Assembly: GCA_963709405.1 (NCBI GenBank)
Contig: CAVPXM010000030.1
Coordinates: 160,001 to 224,000, forward strand
Direction: 5' to 3'
Length of the DNA stretch: 64,000 nucleotides
Source: an uncultured Nitrososphaerales archaeon
Lineage (GTDB): Archaea > Thermoproteota > Nitrososphaeria > Nitrososphaerales > Nitrososphaeraceae
Under the pieces are notes generated by a model that worked only from the letters and a program-made list of their open reading frames with translations, was not told where the DNA came from and searched no databases. Below are positions 12,498 through 24,505 of this stretch, piece by piece (the first letter of the stretch is position 1; the number at the start of each line of letters is the position of its first letter). The translations under genes were made by a program, and so were the position numbers.

Positions 12498-13395
12498 GTA
12501 TGTCAGTTTCTATTGTGCTTGCCCGCGAGTAATACTGTTCAAGATCAGCAACTACCTTTTTGACGTCGTGATTCTGAGCATATTGAAGACCGCTCTTGCC
12601 AAGTCTTTGTCTTTCTGATTGGTCTTGCAATAGAGTTTCTAGATCACTTTTGAAGGTTTCTCTTGTTGTCCTATAAATTGGGGGTCGATATTTTGAATAG
12701 AGCTCATCCGACACGTAGGCTATCACGGCTTTTCCTAACGCCATGCCTTCAAGCTCAAATTTGCCAAACCATCCCATGTCCAAACGGATTTTCCCGATTA
12801 CAATATCTGAATTAGCCATTTGTTGGATCAGCCTTTCATAGCTGTAATTCAAAGTTGTAATCACTCTGCACTTCTGCTGATTTTTCAATTCTGTCAATAC
12901 TTGGCTGTAGTAATCCGGAACGCTTGGTTGAAGTTTATACGCTGGGTAATGAATCAATTGTATAATGTCATTTTCAGTCTGTTGTTTATATTTCCTGTAA
13001 TAGTCTAAATTCAAGGCTGTTGGTAGCCAATTGCCATTTGGCGCACGTTCCAATAAATCAGGCGTTGCAACAAGACAGAAGTCGTACTCCTTTCCAATTT
13101 GGCGCAGATCCCCGCCATGATAGTGTTTTAGATATATCTTATCTCTATTTCGTTTCTCCAAATTTTTTTTTAATGAACCATAAGGATAATGGTAATGCCA
13201 CAATTCATATTCTTGTAATTTTTTAAAGAGTTTCCATCTAGAAATAGGTGACCTGTAGTTGATAAAGTTTCCGCCAAATAGATTGCAAACTGTTTTGCTA
13301 AACACAAAAACATCCGTTGTGTGTCCATTTCTTCTTTGTTCTTCAGCTAGAGTGATAGGTACGCCGGCAGTATTATTAATATGTGCTATTTTCAA
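12379..13395 (-). CDS. GT-B (GT4-like) glycosyltransferase family B
   Basis: MKIAHIN, HYHGGDLR, ELEGMALGKAVI; true 3' end may be near 12500 because the tail overlaps the convergent gene. Confidence 0.85.
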   Translation of the reverse strand: MKIAHINNTAGVPITLAEEQRRNGHTTDVFVFSKTVCNLFGGNFINYRSPISRWKLFKKLQEYELWHYHYPYGSLKKNLEKRNRDKIYLKHYHGGDLRQIGKEYDFCLVATPDLLERAPNGNWLPTALNLDYYRKYKQQTENDIIQLIHYPAYKLQPSVPDYYSQVLTELKNQQKCRVITTLNYSYERLIQQMANSDIVIGKIRLDMGWFGKFELEGMALGKAVIAYVSDELYSKYRPPIYRTTRETFKSDLETLLQDQSERQRLGKSGLQYAQNHDVKKVVADLEQYYSRASTIETDILNSTDTHEIYFSHNFPKSNVDGHIQIFLVSSGRAPLDCL

Positions 13396-14938
13396 ATTTC
13401 CTGGTACTTTTTATTTGCCGTTATTAATGGTTACTCACGGAAAGGCGGTGGGGGTAATTAAGATTTAGCAGCAGAAATGGGCAAGAATATCGATAAGATC
13501 TAGCGTCACCTCATCTGTCCCAATAACATGATAGAAGAGATTCAAAGCTAAACTTTTTTATTTCACACTTTCTTAACAATGAAATCCCCTTCTGATTTAG
13601 CTCCAGTCAAGCTGGTCATTTAATGATGCTAAATCATATTCATTAAAAAATACAGAACTCTTCTCAGGCAAGGTATTATTTTCGAATAGATTATTTAACA
13701 ATGGAAGTGAATAGAAGTGATGGACAAAATTGCGAATTCCTAGAGTTTTTCTTCCATCCCTATAATTATTACCACAATCGCATCTATTACCGCCACCACA
13801 GTTTCGTGGATTCCATCCCATCGATTGATACAAGCCCGAAAAGATGTTATTTTTTCGCTTCAAGTCCGCACATGATACCAAGATTACATCAAATCTCTCG
13901 CTGCTTCACAGAAGATCGGATCTGTCTGTACTGGTTAGAACCAGAGAAGGCAATCTAACGGTATTTCCTCCCCTCAAAGGAAATGATAGCTATCGAATAT
14001 TCTCAACATCCGGGCATAAGAAGTCTCATGTGTCCTCGCGAAATAAATGGAAAGGCTTAGATTAATAACAAGTACAGTAAGGACACCGATGGTAAGATCG
14101 CATTTGTAGCAGTGACATTTACGACGGTCGCTTATGATATCTCCTTTTATCGCTTTTATGGCAGCATACAAAGAAATGCCCCCTGGAGTAAAGATTACCA
14201 GTGATGTTAACAGCATTGTAATATCATTGGTAATTACTTTGTAAAGTGAATATGATTATTATGACAAACTAATTTTATGGCTACAGCTTTAGCTAACTCA
14301 TAGCAAAATGACCAGAGATACTTTACATAATGAACTTATCGTGCCATTTACATAACTGTTAACCTATTAAGAAGCAAGGCCTAATGTCTAGTAGATTATA
14401 AGACAACGCTATTAACAAGACGTCCAGTATCTATTAAGGCGGTAATTGCAACCTATGAACTGCAATGCAAAAAGGGTCCAGTAGGCGTGCTTGGAATTTT
14501 CGCTGAAGATGTGTTACCTAATAGCAGATTCGATAGGTTCTGCTCTTACAAGATATCGGAACGCCAGATTAGTCACTATAAAATTAGTATCATAAAATTA
14601 GCGGTTATCACCTCTCCTCCCAATAGCTTCGAGTCATTCTCGAATAAGCCATATTTCGGATGAATATCATGATATTACTTGATGTTGACCTATGAAATAA
14701 TAGAGATATAGATAAGTCTAACAATGTTATGAAATATTATCCTGATTTTCGGATTAGATCGTGTACTCTCTAAGCGAGTCCATATGCAATCGCTGTAGAA
14801 TATTTGATATATAGTGGTAGGACTTGACGGATTTGACGACGATATTGACTATCTATTTGACGGTTTTGGATACACAAATCCTTCCGGTTAGTTTGTAGCG
14901 TAATTCTTATAGCTTCCTTTTTCATTCATTATCAAGCG

Positions 14939-15140
14939 ATGCCGGCAAACAAGTCATGGCATGTTTATAACGAATCCTTGGTTGAACGAGGGCGAGTTCT
15001 AATTGATGTAAGGTTCCTCAAATCAGCTAATGATGAAATAAAGACGATGAACAAAGGCAAGGTTTGAGCACCGTTTCAAGATTCTTATAGTTATATAGAA
15101 TTTGTTTCTTCTTGATAGTTGGCTTTAAGATTCTATATGC
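14939..15140 (+). mobile_element. IS5-family transposase N-terminal remnant (not in ORF track)
   Basis: MPANKSWHVYNESLVERGRVLIDVRFL...MNKGKV*APF...FLIVGFKILY; WxxYNESLVxRG is the IS5 (IS903-type) N-terminal motif. Confidence 0.75.
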
Positions 15141-15633
15141 TAGGTGAAGACCTGCTTTCGAATAAGTTCTCTCCACAGAAAGTAGAAGATAGACGAAAAG
15201 TCATGCTTTACAAACAGTTCATGAATCTGTAGAATAACAATAATATCTATATTGATCCCACATATAAGAGCTCATCCGATTTTTAAGCAGAGCGCTTCTG
15301 GCACTCAGCGTCTCCATGGATAGACTGACTAATCTTTTCACATAATGAATTAAAGGTCATCTGAGTCATAGATAGGAAGAAATTACCGCATTCTTGCACA
15401 TTATAAGCAGATTGAAAAGTTCGACTTTAACGCTAAAATTCAGGACCGTAAATGACGGGAATGTTGCCGAGGAAGAGAAGGTAGCAGCAGATGCGAAGAT
15501 GCGTTTCAACAATATTGAAAGATTCTGACAGGCGGATTATGAGTGCAAGCGATACGATTGTGCAGTCAGAACCTCATTCGAAGGTTAATCTAGCAAAAGA
15601 GTAATCGAGTCGTCATTCAATTTTAGAGACAAT

Positions 15634-16536
15634 ATGCGAATACTGCATGTATGGGACCAGGCCGGCGTTGCATGCGTAATGGCAAAATATCAAAGATTGC
15701 AAGGGCACGATTCTAATGTGATCAGGATTAGTGGCGTTGACAAATACGGCATTAACGATTTCTATCGAGATTTTGTTTCCTTTGTTCCTATCGAAGAATT
15801 TGTACACAGTTGTATAGAAAAAGCGGAATCTGTAGATGTGATTCACGTCCACAGCATGACTGATATTCTCATTAAGCTTCGAAAGAAATTTGGTAGGTCA
15901 AAAAAGATCATTCTTCATTACCACGGAACAGACATCCGTGGATTATGTGAACCTGATGAAAAAAACTTCCACCCAATACAGTTTATTGAATTCCATATTT
16001 CTGAGACCCAAAGAGAGTAGCTAGAGCAATCCTTAGAAACAGAATACATTTAAAGGCACAAAGGCTGGCAGATGCAGTGATTGTCTCAACTCCGGATTCT
16101 GCGACGTGTTGCAAAATGCACATATCTTCCAAATCCGGTCGACACTGACTATTTTAAAGCAGACACAATTTATGGAAAGAAGAGGGGGGCCATAACTTTA
16201 AACACTGAGGTAACGGACACACAATGGACGCTAGACTATTGTAAAAAGAATAACATTATCTTCGAGATTGAAGTCTACGACAGAACTCAGATTCCCATTA
16301 TGTATGCTGACATGCCGGACTTTTTGAAACAATACTCGGTATACGTTGATATCAGACGTGTCAACGGAACAGTTTTAGAAAATCTAAGTAAGACGGCATT
16401 GGAAGCACTGGCATGTGGGCTGAAAGTTTTGGATTACAAACTTGAATATCAGGAAGGTCTTCCTGTGGAGCATAACCCTAAGAAGGTAGTTTCCAGGCTT
16501 GCAAGTATTTATTCGAAAAAGAAGCCTGATTTATAA
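15634..16536 (+). CDS. GT-B glycosyltransferase family C, frameshifted
   Basis: MRILHVWDQAGVA, HYHGTDIR, LPNPVD, SKTALEALACG. Confidence 0.8.
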
Positions 16537-16779
16537 GGTCACATCCTTTTTGACTTGTGCCTTTCTTGATATCACCTATCTTGCTTATGCCTCAGTGAAG
16601 TCGGTAAAGTCCTGACTGAATTTTGAATTCTGGCTTTGTCTTATGTCAGGGGTTGAAACGCTACCACAAGATTAGCACCGCCATAGACACACTAGTTCCT
16701 CCTGAGTTTATAGCGTAGCGAATAATTGTAGTTTTTGAGTAGCGACAGCCGATCTCTGTAGGCTCCTTCATCATTCCTC

Positions 16780-16987
16780 GCAAAAATCTCGATATCTATT
16801 GATTGATTTCTGCAAAGCATACTGTGGCAGCAGTGTAACGCCGCGTGACACTGTGCTAGACAAGAAGAAAAATACATTGAAGTTTACGATAACAACAAAT
16901 CATCCGACGATGTATGCAGACACGCCGGACTTTTTGAAAGGATACACACTATATATGGATAACAGATTTATCACTGTCTGGTTATAG
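16780..16987 (+). pseudogene. Degenerate second copy of the family C glycosyltransferase middle region
   Basis: TMYADTPDFLKGYTLYMD versus IMYADMPDFLKQYSVYVD upstream. Confidence 0.6.
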
Positions 16988-17611
16988 TTGAATTCTCCAA
17001 TAGGATTGTCTTGTAGCGTAACTTAAGATTGTTCTATATTCTTTCTGTAAGGTTGAGCCAGAGACGTAGCCTCGTCTGCCTCTAACTTATCTGTCATATT
17101 CAAATCGGAATTTTCAGACATTTATCCTCACGAAAATAACAGTTCGGGATTCAAATAGGATTATGCCCATTATTCGTTCCGTCGCCAACCATTGCGCACC
17201 AACACGCCAAATCGATTATTTATACTAGATTACAGCAAGTCATAGGTCAAAAACATGGCCCGTAAATACCCTAGAATTGCCGGCACGAATATCGAGCTCG
17301 AAGATTATTGATCTATATATTTTGAAGCTGACTCAGACTCGAAGATCGGTTCAAGGCTGTTCGAAACGCTATTACTTTGCGCACGAGGTCGGCGGGCCTA
17401 GCCACTAGGATAGGCTTTTTTTGCAACTCAAAGTAGACGCATCTCGAGATTTTTCGTTGGATTCAACACCTTTGTACAGGTACAAAAAAACAGGCATTAC
17501 AGCGACACTTTACAATATGATTTGTCTTTCCTGTAGGCACGGAGCATTTGTAGAATCTCTACCAAAAAATTCCCGAATGTTATTTCTGTATCATTCGAAC
17601 TGAGAATTGAT

Positions 17612-18744
17612 TTAACATAGCTGATATGCTGTCAATATATTTTTCTCATAATTTTCCCAAATCAAATGTTGATGGGCATATTCAAATATTTTTAGCCTCT
17701 TCTGGTAGAGCTCCTCTAGATTGTCTCTGAATACTCTAATTGTGAGGCAAGGTCATGATAGTCTTCAAAGGTAGCACAATTATCTTTCAATGTTTGTATG
17801 TACGGTTCTAAATGAAGAAGTGCACATGATAAGAAGGCCTGAATGTGCATATTCATACGCTTTGTTAGGACTCACGAATGTGTGGGAAATGTGTTTTTTC
17901 CATGGTATTAATCCGATCGAATGTTTGAACATTTCTCTGAACATTGCTTCTCTTGACAGAAGCCCTGCGTAATTGACGTTTTCAGACGATTTCCCTTGAC
18001 TACCAATTAATGTCAAATAACCGATGTTGCGACGCATAAATAGATCAGTGAGACCCTCTATGTCTCGATTTATTTGTTTTTTCTGCGCCTCGATACCTGC
18101 ATAACGCGATGACAACTTGGTATGGATGCATGGCCGATCAAAATCTTTTACTTCATGTTTCATTGGAAAATTCGGAACTACAAACACTCTGTCAGAATTC
18201 CCTATGACCCTAATTCTTCAGCAATTTTATCAGATACCGTGATCGTCGGAGAAGATGGAAATAAGCTCTTTTTCCCATTTTGTCCATAATCGTATGGCAT
18301 AACGCTTTAGAAAATTTCTCGCAACTCTTCTAATCGTATTCCTTGGTAAACTGGGCAGCAACAGGTTTTGTTTCCTTATCGTCTCCCTGGGCCAGGATCT
18401 TTGAAAATTCTGACCAAAATTCATGATCATCATATATATATGGTAGCCCAAATTCAGATATTTATCTTTGCTGAAAAAATATTATGAGCATGGACTATGT
18501 CAGGCCTAACTTCTCTTATCACTTTCCCAACTTGCTTTTTAACAGAATGCCAGTAAAAAGGAAATCCTCGCCTTGATCTTTCTGTCCACTCAATCTCATA
18601 TTTTCCAGAAAAAGTGTTTGTGTGATAGGTTTTTGAATTTCGTCCTGCAAATACAACATCGTGGCCTACCTTTAACGCTGTAATCGCTGATTTTTCGATT
18701 CTCCAATCAGGTAATCTGTCGTCGGACAAGTGCAAGATTTTCAA
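17612..18744 (-). CDS. GT-B glycosyltransferase family A paralog, several frameshifts
   Basis: LKILHLSD, RPDIVHAHNIFSAK, VVPNFPMK, SPNKAYEYAHSG; colinear with 11336-12497. Confidence 0.8.
17634..17731. repeat. 98-bp inverted repeat, right copy (partner 12378-12475)
   Basis: One mismatch to the left copy (AGA/AGG, synonymous). Confidence 0.9.
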
Positions 18745-19810
18745 TTCTGGGGATAGTTTTGATCCCCTTGTAAAATAAAAACCCACTTTTTTAATTAATG
18801 CCTATACGGGCTTGCGACCTTGTCTCATTATTATCTGGCCTACCCGACATCCTAATATCTGTCAGCAGTTCAGGGATGAGTCGCATCTCATTTGAAAATT
18901 CCTTTAAAAGAGAACTATATCATCAATTAGGTTTTAGTCAAGTCCATTATAACATTTTGAATAATTGTAAAAATATAGACAAACTCGTGACCGGTCCCCA
19001 ACTAATTATTTTCGAAATTCATTGATAGGACTATCTTAAGATAACAAAGTGCTAATGCGGATAAAATTCTCAATCACTCTTTTGTGCTTAAAAAAGCGTT
19101 ATTTTGTACTCGCATGGAGACAGAATTAATAGATGCAATTGCACGGACAAACAGTGAGGAATTTTGGTATCAATGCTTGCAGTCTAATGTAGTCGAGGGT
19201 TGCAAAATATGTGATTATAGACTTGATAAGCATAAGATGAAAAACATTAAAGTACGATAGTTTTGAAATACTGCTCAGGAGAACATATACTTAATATGAA
19301 ACTCAATTCGGATTTCGGCGAAGATGCCGGGATGAAATTTAACCTCGAAAATCATAGCATGAAATTGAAAAAAGTAGGCAAGCAATATTATCAAACCAGT
19401 TAATAAAGCCCTTTTAGACCATAAATGGATAGTTACTATGTTTGGACGCACTGCTGACTGCGTATGTCAAAGAGAATGGTCGGACATTAAAGTTAGAATT
19501 TGATCCGATTGACAACATCCTTGCCGTGCATAAGGCCGATTGAATGAAAATGGATATAGAATGTGCAAAGGTGCCTTGAAGTCTTGCTTACCTACACAAT
19601 CTGTTTAAATACAGAAATAATTGGTGAAGCTCGGAACCAAGTTATAGGTTCGAAATCTCAATATGCACAAGCCAATGAATAGTAGCATTGTCCCCTCATT
19701 ATTTTCGGCATCTTGTGTCGCCATTAACTCATTTTAGGTATGTCACAGACAGAAAACCAAAGTAGTAAAGTTCGTTGACACATAAGAAGAAAGACTAAAA
19801 AAGATACATG

Positions 19811-20050
19811 TCACGAGTTCGTGACATTAAAGTGCCAGTCACTATTAGTGACTGGTAAAATTGGGCTCCTATTTAAAAATGGTGATCGAGGTATCAATCC
19901 TTTAACAGCTTCAATCTTAGCAGTATGAGTATCTGTGAGGATATTTGCGCCCTTTTTCACAGTTTCGACCCTTCCGGTATTTTTTCTTAGGGTTATACAT
20001 GGAATCCCTAGTAGATAAGACTCCTTTTGTATTCCTCCTGAATCTGCCAA
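19811..20050 (-). pseudogene. wecB: UDP-N-acetylglucosamine 2-epimerase, C-terminal relic
   Basis: DSGGIQKE, PCITLRKNT and ETV..GANIL motifs; joined directly to a truncated GT. Confidence 0.85.
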
Positions 20051-20588
20051 GTACTCTGATTATGTCACACTTACCAGTCTCCTGCAACGAATCTAATATC
20101 GCCGAATAAACATCATCATGCCCATACATTTTATAATAAGGATAATGGGCTATTCTGACTCTCCCTTCACGTTTATTTTCTGCCCGCGCTACCAACTCGT
20201 CGATATACACTGGACTAGGAAGCCACGTTCCATTAGGGGCATATTGTAACAAGTCAGGAGTCGAGACGATACAAAAATCATCATCATGCTTCCCCCTAAG
20301 ATCGTCACCGTGATAATGCTTGATGTATATCTTTCCACGTTTTCGTTTTTCTAAACCCACTCTTAACGAGCCGTACGGATAATGATAATGCCATATATCA
20401 TATTCTTGCAACCTTCTAAATACTTTCCACCTTGAAAAAGGGGATTTGTAATTTATCATAATTCCACCAAACTGATGATAGATCTTTGTGTTGAATACAT
20501 AAACATCCGACAAATGTCCTTGTAATGTTTGCACCCGGGAAAGAGCAGAGCCGATACCTGAGGTATTGTTTATATGCGCAATTTTCAT
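20050..20588 (-). pseudogene. N-terminal half of GT-B glycosyltransferase family B, truncated
   Basis: Closely parallels the 12379-13395 product up to CDIIRVL, then runs into wecB sequence. Confidence 0.8.
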
Positions 20589-20690
20589 GTCCGTGGTAAC
20601 TAGTAAAGTGACATAATAGATAATGAACCTATTGAGATCGCAGGAATAAAACGTAGTATAGAAATAACTAGTTGAAAAACCAGTAAATTC

Positions 20691-21622
20691 CTAAATTTCA
20701 GAATTTTTATCAACGTGCATCTTGTATTTTTTCTCAAGAATCTGATACTTTTGTAAGTCGACAAGTCTATTGAATTCATCGAACGTAGTCATCATCTTTC
20801 TGTGTTTTACTGTCGTTACCTTTCCTTTTTAACTCTGTAAAGACTTCATTAACTGCGTAAGTAGCTCGGATATAATCCTGATAATGGGAAAACGGCAATT
20901 CTATATCCAATATCAAGGAGTCGTTTTGCGTTCATATTCGGTGTGATTCCATCTTCGATTATGTTTGCGACCAATGGCGCGTCAATTTCGTTAGTAACTT
21001 TCTTTAATTCTGCAACTGATCTTGGAGCTTCTATAAAAATCACGTCTGCACCAACCTCTCGGTATGCTCTTCCGCGTCTTATAGCTCTCATCCAATCCTA
21101 GCGGTGCTCTCGAATCTGTTCTCGCAACTACAATGAACTCTTTGCTCTTCCTTGCTTCCAGAGGCCTCCTCTCAACTTCGAGATATAATCTTCCATTCCG
21201 ATAACATCTTTACCTTGCATATGTCCGCATCTTTTTGGCCAGATTTGATCTTCTATAAAGATACCGGCCGCGCCTATCGATTCTAAATCGCGAACGATTT
21301 TCCAAACGGTTAACGGATTGCCATAGCCTGTGTCTATATCGACTATAACTGGCGAATCCACAGATCGAATAATTCGAGTTGCATTCTCTATCGTTTCGCC
21401 AGCATTTAAGAAGCCGTAGTCTGGCATTCCAAGCAGCGAAGCAGCAGAACCGTATCCGGTCTGAAACATAGCATCAAATCCAACATTCTCCGCTATTTTT
21501 GCAGTCAATGCATCAAAAACTCCTGGAAGAACGAGAATATTCTTCTTGTCCTCAATCTTTTCTCTTAAAGATTTATTATTTTTCTGCTTCCTCAATTGCT
21601 TTTGTCTAAAAGGAGATTGCAA
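20691..21622 (-). CDS. prpB: Isocitrate lyase/PEP mutase superfamily protein, methylisocitrate lyase-like (frameshifted)
   Basis: DIDTGYG, IEDQIWPKRCGH, ARTDS, GADVIFIEAP; C-terminus MTTFDEFN in a third frame. Confidence 0.75.
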
Positions 21623-22204
21623 TTATTAAAGGATCTGTTTCGATGGATCTTCAATATGACTTTTCGATATATTTGAGAAATACTCAATTCTAGCCTTATG
21701 TTTATTATTTGGACTTACAATGCTATTCCAATTTCTTAATTTTCTGAACTGCTCTTATGAATAATGATGTTTGAACATCCACTCCTCAACAAGATATTGC
21801 TGCTATTCATATTTCTTGATTATTAATTATATATCAAAAGTATTCCCCTCAACTTGCGATATTTTTAATTGCCATTTTTGAATATGACTATAACTCAATT
21901 AAAGCCTGTACTTCAAGATTAGACTACTATGTCTCCTATCCGTGAAATTTTGATATTTATCCAAGCGAATATGCTCCCCAGGACATAGCAAAATGCCTTT
22001 GCCCAATCGCGTATTGATTGGAGCGGCTGTAGGGAATAATGAGAATTGAACGTCCTAATGGCAACGATATCAATACCTGACAATGATTGGTCACCAATAT
22101 GGGATTACCTACAAGACACAAATATGGCATCACAGAAATAACTATTGGGTAACGCAAAGAAGATTTGTATGTTTTTTTGCTAGGGTTGCTTAGGAAACTG
22201 TTAT

Positions 22205-22450
22205 ATGAATATGAGTAAAAGAAAGGGCATACAAAAATTGCAAGACGACGATGGTCACTTGTCCAGATTAAAAAAGAATGCTCTTGACCAGAAGGAACCT
22301 GTTGTAGTAAAAACCATTATTGATACTATTGCAGCATTTGGGAGGGAGGGAATAGAACCTATACTAGAAATTCTGAGGCAGTCGACAGATAAGTCAGTGA
22401 AAATACACGGAAGTGAAGTAATTAGACGAATAAAGATGCTAAATCCTTAA
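22205..22450 (+). CDS. Small HEAT-repeat-like helical protein
   Basis: VKTIIDTIAAFGREGIEPILEIL resembles a PBS-lyase HEAT repeat. Confidence 0.5.
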   Translation: MNMSKRKGIQKLQDDDGHLSRLKKNALDQKEPVVVKTIIDTIAAFGREGIEPILEILRQSTDKSVKIHGSEVIRRIKMLNP

Positions 22451-22638
22451 TTTTATGATTCAATTTCCCCTATGACGCAGATTGTATCGACCTCCACTAT
22501 TAATTGAAACAGTAATAGAGTAAGTGTCTCGATTGTATTTTTAACCCGATTCGAGCCGCTGCTTTCTAACCCATATATTGCCAAACACTAATCGGTCGAT
22601 CACATTGTTGGGAAGGAATCGGTTTATGTGATATAAAA

Positions 22639-22707
22639 CCCCCTAGTTGTAACACGATCACCCTAGACGCAACACATTACGAGAACTCCCGGCTTCGCAA
22701 CAGCACT
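22639..22707. mobile_element. Orphan end of a related IS6-like element
   Basis: Reverse complement reads AGTGCTGTTGCGAAGCCGGG; CCC..GCAAC-type motifs lie 19, 46 and 66 bp from the tip, like the neighbouring element's ends. Confidence 0.7.
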
Positions 22708-22829
22708 TTCTAAGGAGTCCTGCTGCAATATCGGGCTCTATTCACTAGCGTTGCATTCGGGTGCTAAGTGTTGCACGACGGGAGCTTATTAATTTATAAA
22801 TAGTCTTCTATAACATTATACGAGAAGTA

Positions 22830-23294
22830 TTGTCGGATGATTAGAAGAAGCAAAGAGACTTGCTACTAATTATTTAGAGGCTCAGTTAAAAATGGCTGAA
22901 AAGCTTTTATTGTTAGATGATTCTGATATCCAGAAGTTCAACAAGTGGTACAAGAGTTTCCCCTATGGACGTCATTGCCTGCTAGATTACTTGAGTTAAA
23001 TAATAGGAGAAATAAAACCAAGCAATAAATATCATTTAATTTCATATTGAAGTTATTGAGCAAGCCTGAAGCACCGCCATTTGATTTATTAACACTATAT
23101 AAAAACTTGGAGAGTCTTGGGAGGATTTTATCATTCAAACTAATGCGGTCATGATGACCAATTATGATGCATGGTTCGACTCAACTTGTAAATACCTTTG
23201 CGATTTCCTTAAACCTCAGGTTCGAGCATGGCTTGAGGCAAATTCTAGGCAGTTAGTAGAAAAGAAAAGTCAGAGAACTGCTCCACTTCAGTAA
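22830..23294 (+). pseudogene. Decayed passenger gene inside the element
   Basis: Protein-like segments LEEAKRLATNYLEAQLKMAEKLLLL... and ...WFDSTCKYLCDFLKPQVRAWLEAN... split by stops; TATA-like TTTATAAA at 22793-22800. Confidence 0.4.
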
Positions 23295-23535
23295 GTAATT
23301 ATTTGGAATAAGAGATGCGAATGCAGCGTATGGTATGTCCAGCGCTGAAGCGAAATATTGGAAAAAAATAGGCATTGCAACAGGCTACAACTGGTGAGCA
23401 TTGCCCTAGTGGCAGTGGGAGCCATAGTAGCCTACCTCAAACTAGCGAACAGTTGCGACTGCTAATAACAGTCAAGTAGTCCACCTAAGACAACCCTCAT
23501 TTTTTCAGCCATAATAATGTGTCGAGTCGTCAGCT

Positions 23536-24462
23536 TTAAACATTTTGCTTCTTAATCCAGCAACTCTCCTTCCCGTAAGAAAACCACGAAAAGCCATGCT
23601 CTATTAATATCTCGTTAATATCTCTCCAGTCTTTCTTATTCATCCAGTCTTTAGGTTTGATTTCGATGCTATCATCTTTACGAATTATATCTAGTTTATT
23701 AACTCTAATACCTAATTCGAAAATGAACGGCTCCACTTTCCCTTTAACCGCCGCCTGTCTCATTAGGCTTTCCACTTTGTTATGACCTAAATGCAGTTCT
23801 AACCCTGCTTTTTCTGCGGGTGTCTGCTTCTTTAATGCCTGATGAGGTCTAATGAAATTATGATGAATACGCATGGCATCGACTAGTTCCTGTGTGGGAT
23901 TTGCTTTGTCCAATCCATGCATGACGCTTTCTCTATCCCTTACGGTTTCATTCAGCCATTCGACCTTCGAGTTTAATCCCTGATGTCCTGAGCCTATGCT
24001 TCTGACGTTTTGGATCTTCGGATTCTTTAGAGTAAAAAGTTCTTTATTAAACGCATCGTCATAGGCTGGTAGTCCATCATGAATTAGAGCTGAAGGTAAG
24101 GGTGCGCGCCGTTTCATCTCCTTAAATAGCGCTACACCTGATTTGGTGTCACGTTTCTGGCTTATCCTAGAGCATATCCAGAATCTAGTAGTAGAATCCA
24201 TTAGATTCCATAGCCATGAATAGTGATTATCGAACTGTCTGTTAGGGTGGTTCTCTGGATTGCTTAGCATCATCTTAGATTCATTATTTTCCTTACGGAC
24301 ATGTAGCATCATTTCGTCTACCTGATAAACACCTCCGACCTGTGGCACCAAACTGTCCACATATGGCTTAACTGTATTACTGAACTTACGTAACCATCTA
24401 CAGATAGAAGAGCAATTAATTCTAAAGTCGTAGAACTGTTTCAGAAGGTCTGCTATTTTACG
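23536..24462 (-). pseudogene. IS6-family DDE transposase, N-terminally truncated
   Basis: HTH RKIADLLKQFY...SICRW in frame upstream of the ORF call with no start; VDEM, WLWNLMD, IHDGLPAY, NSKVE, HHNFIRPHQAL..TPAE. Confidence 0.85.
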
Positions 24463-24505
24463 CTACGGCCAAATGGTTTATAATGAAAGTTTACAAATTC
24501 TTCAA

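Noticed and set aside
17160-17420. Possible group II intron RT remnant (LEPIFES, IFELDIR in different frames)
   Set aside because: Matches are short and inconsistent, with no YADD or intron domain V; left unassigned
18790-19800. Gene-free kilobase as ncRNA or hidden gene
   Set aside because: Only short broken frames; no recognisable motif, repeat or structure
20691-21622. PEP mutase for phosphonate glycan synthesis
   Set aside because: Active-site loop is EDQIWPKRCGH (lyase type), not the EDKx5NS PEP mutase signature
22697-22726. Xer/dif-like recombination site (11-bp arms around an 8-bp core)
   Set aside because: Better explained as two transposon tips flanking a TSD, since the same 8-mer recurs at 24896-24903 beside the matching inverted end; no tyrosine recombinase in the window
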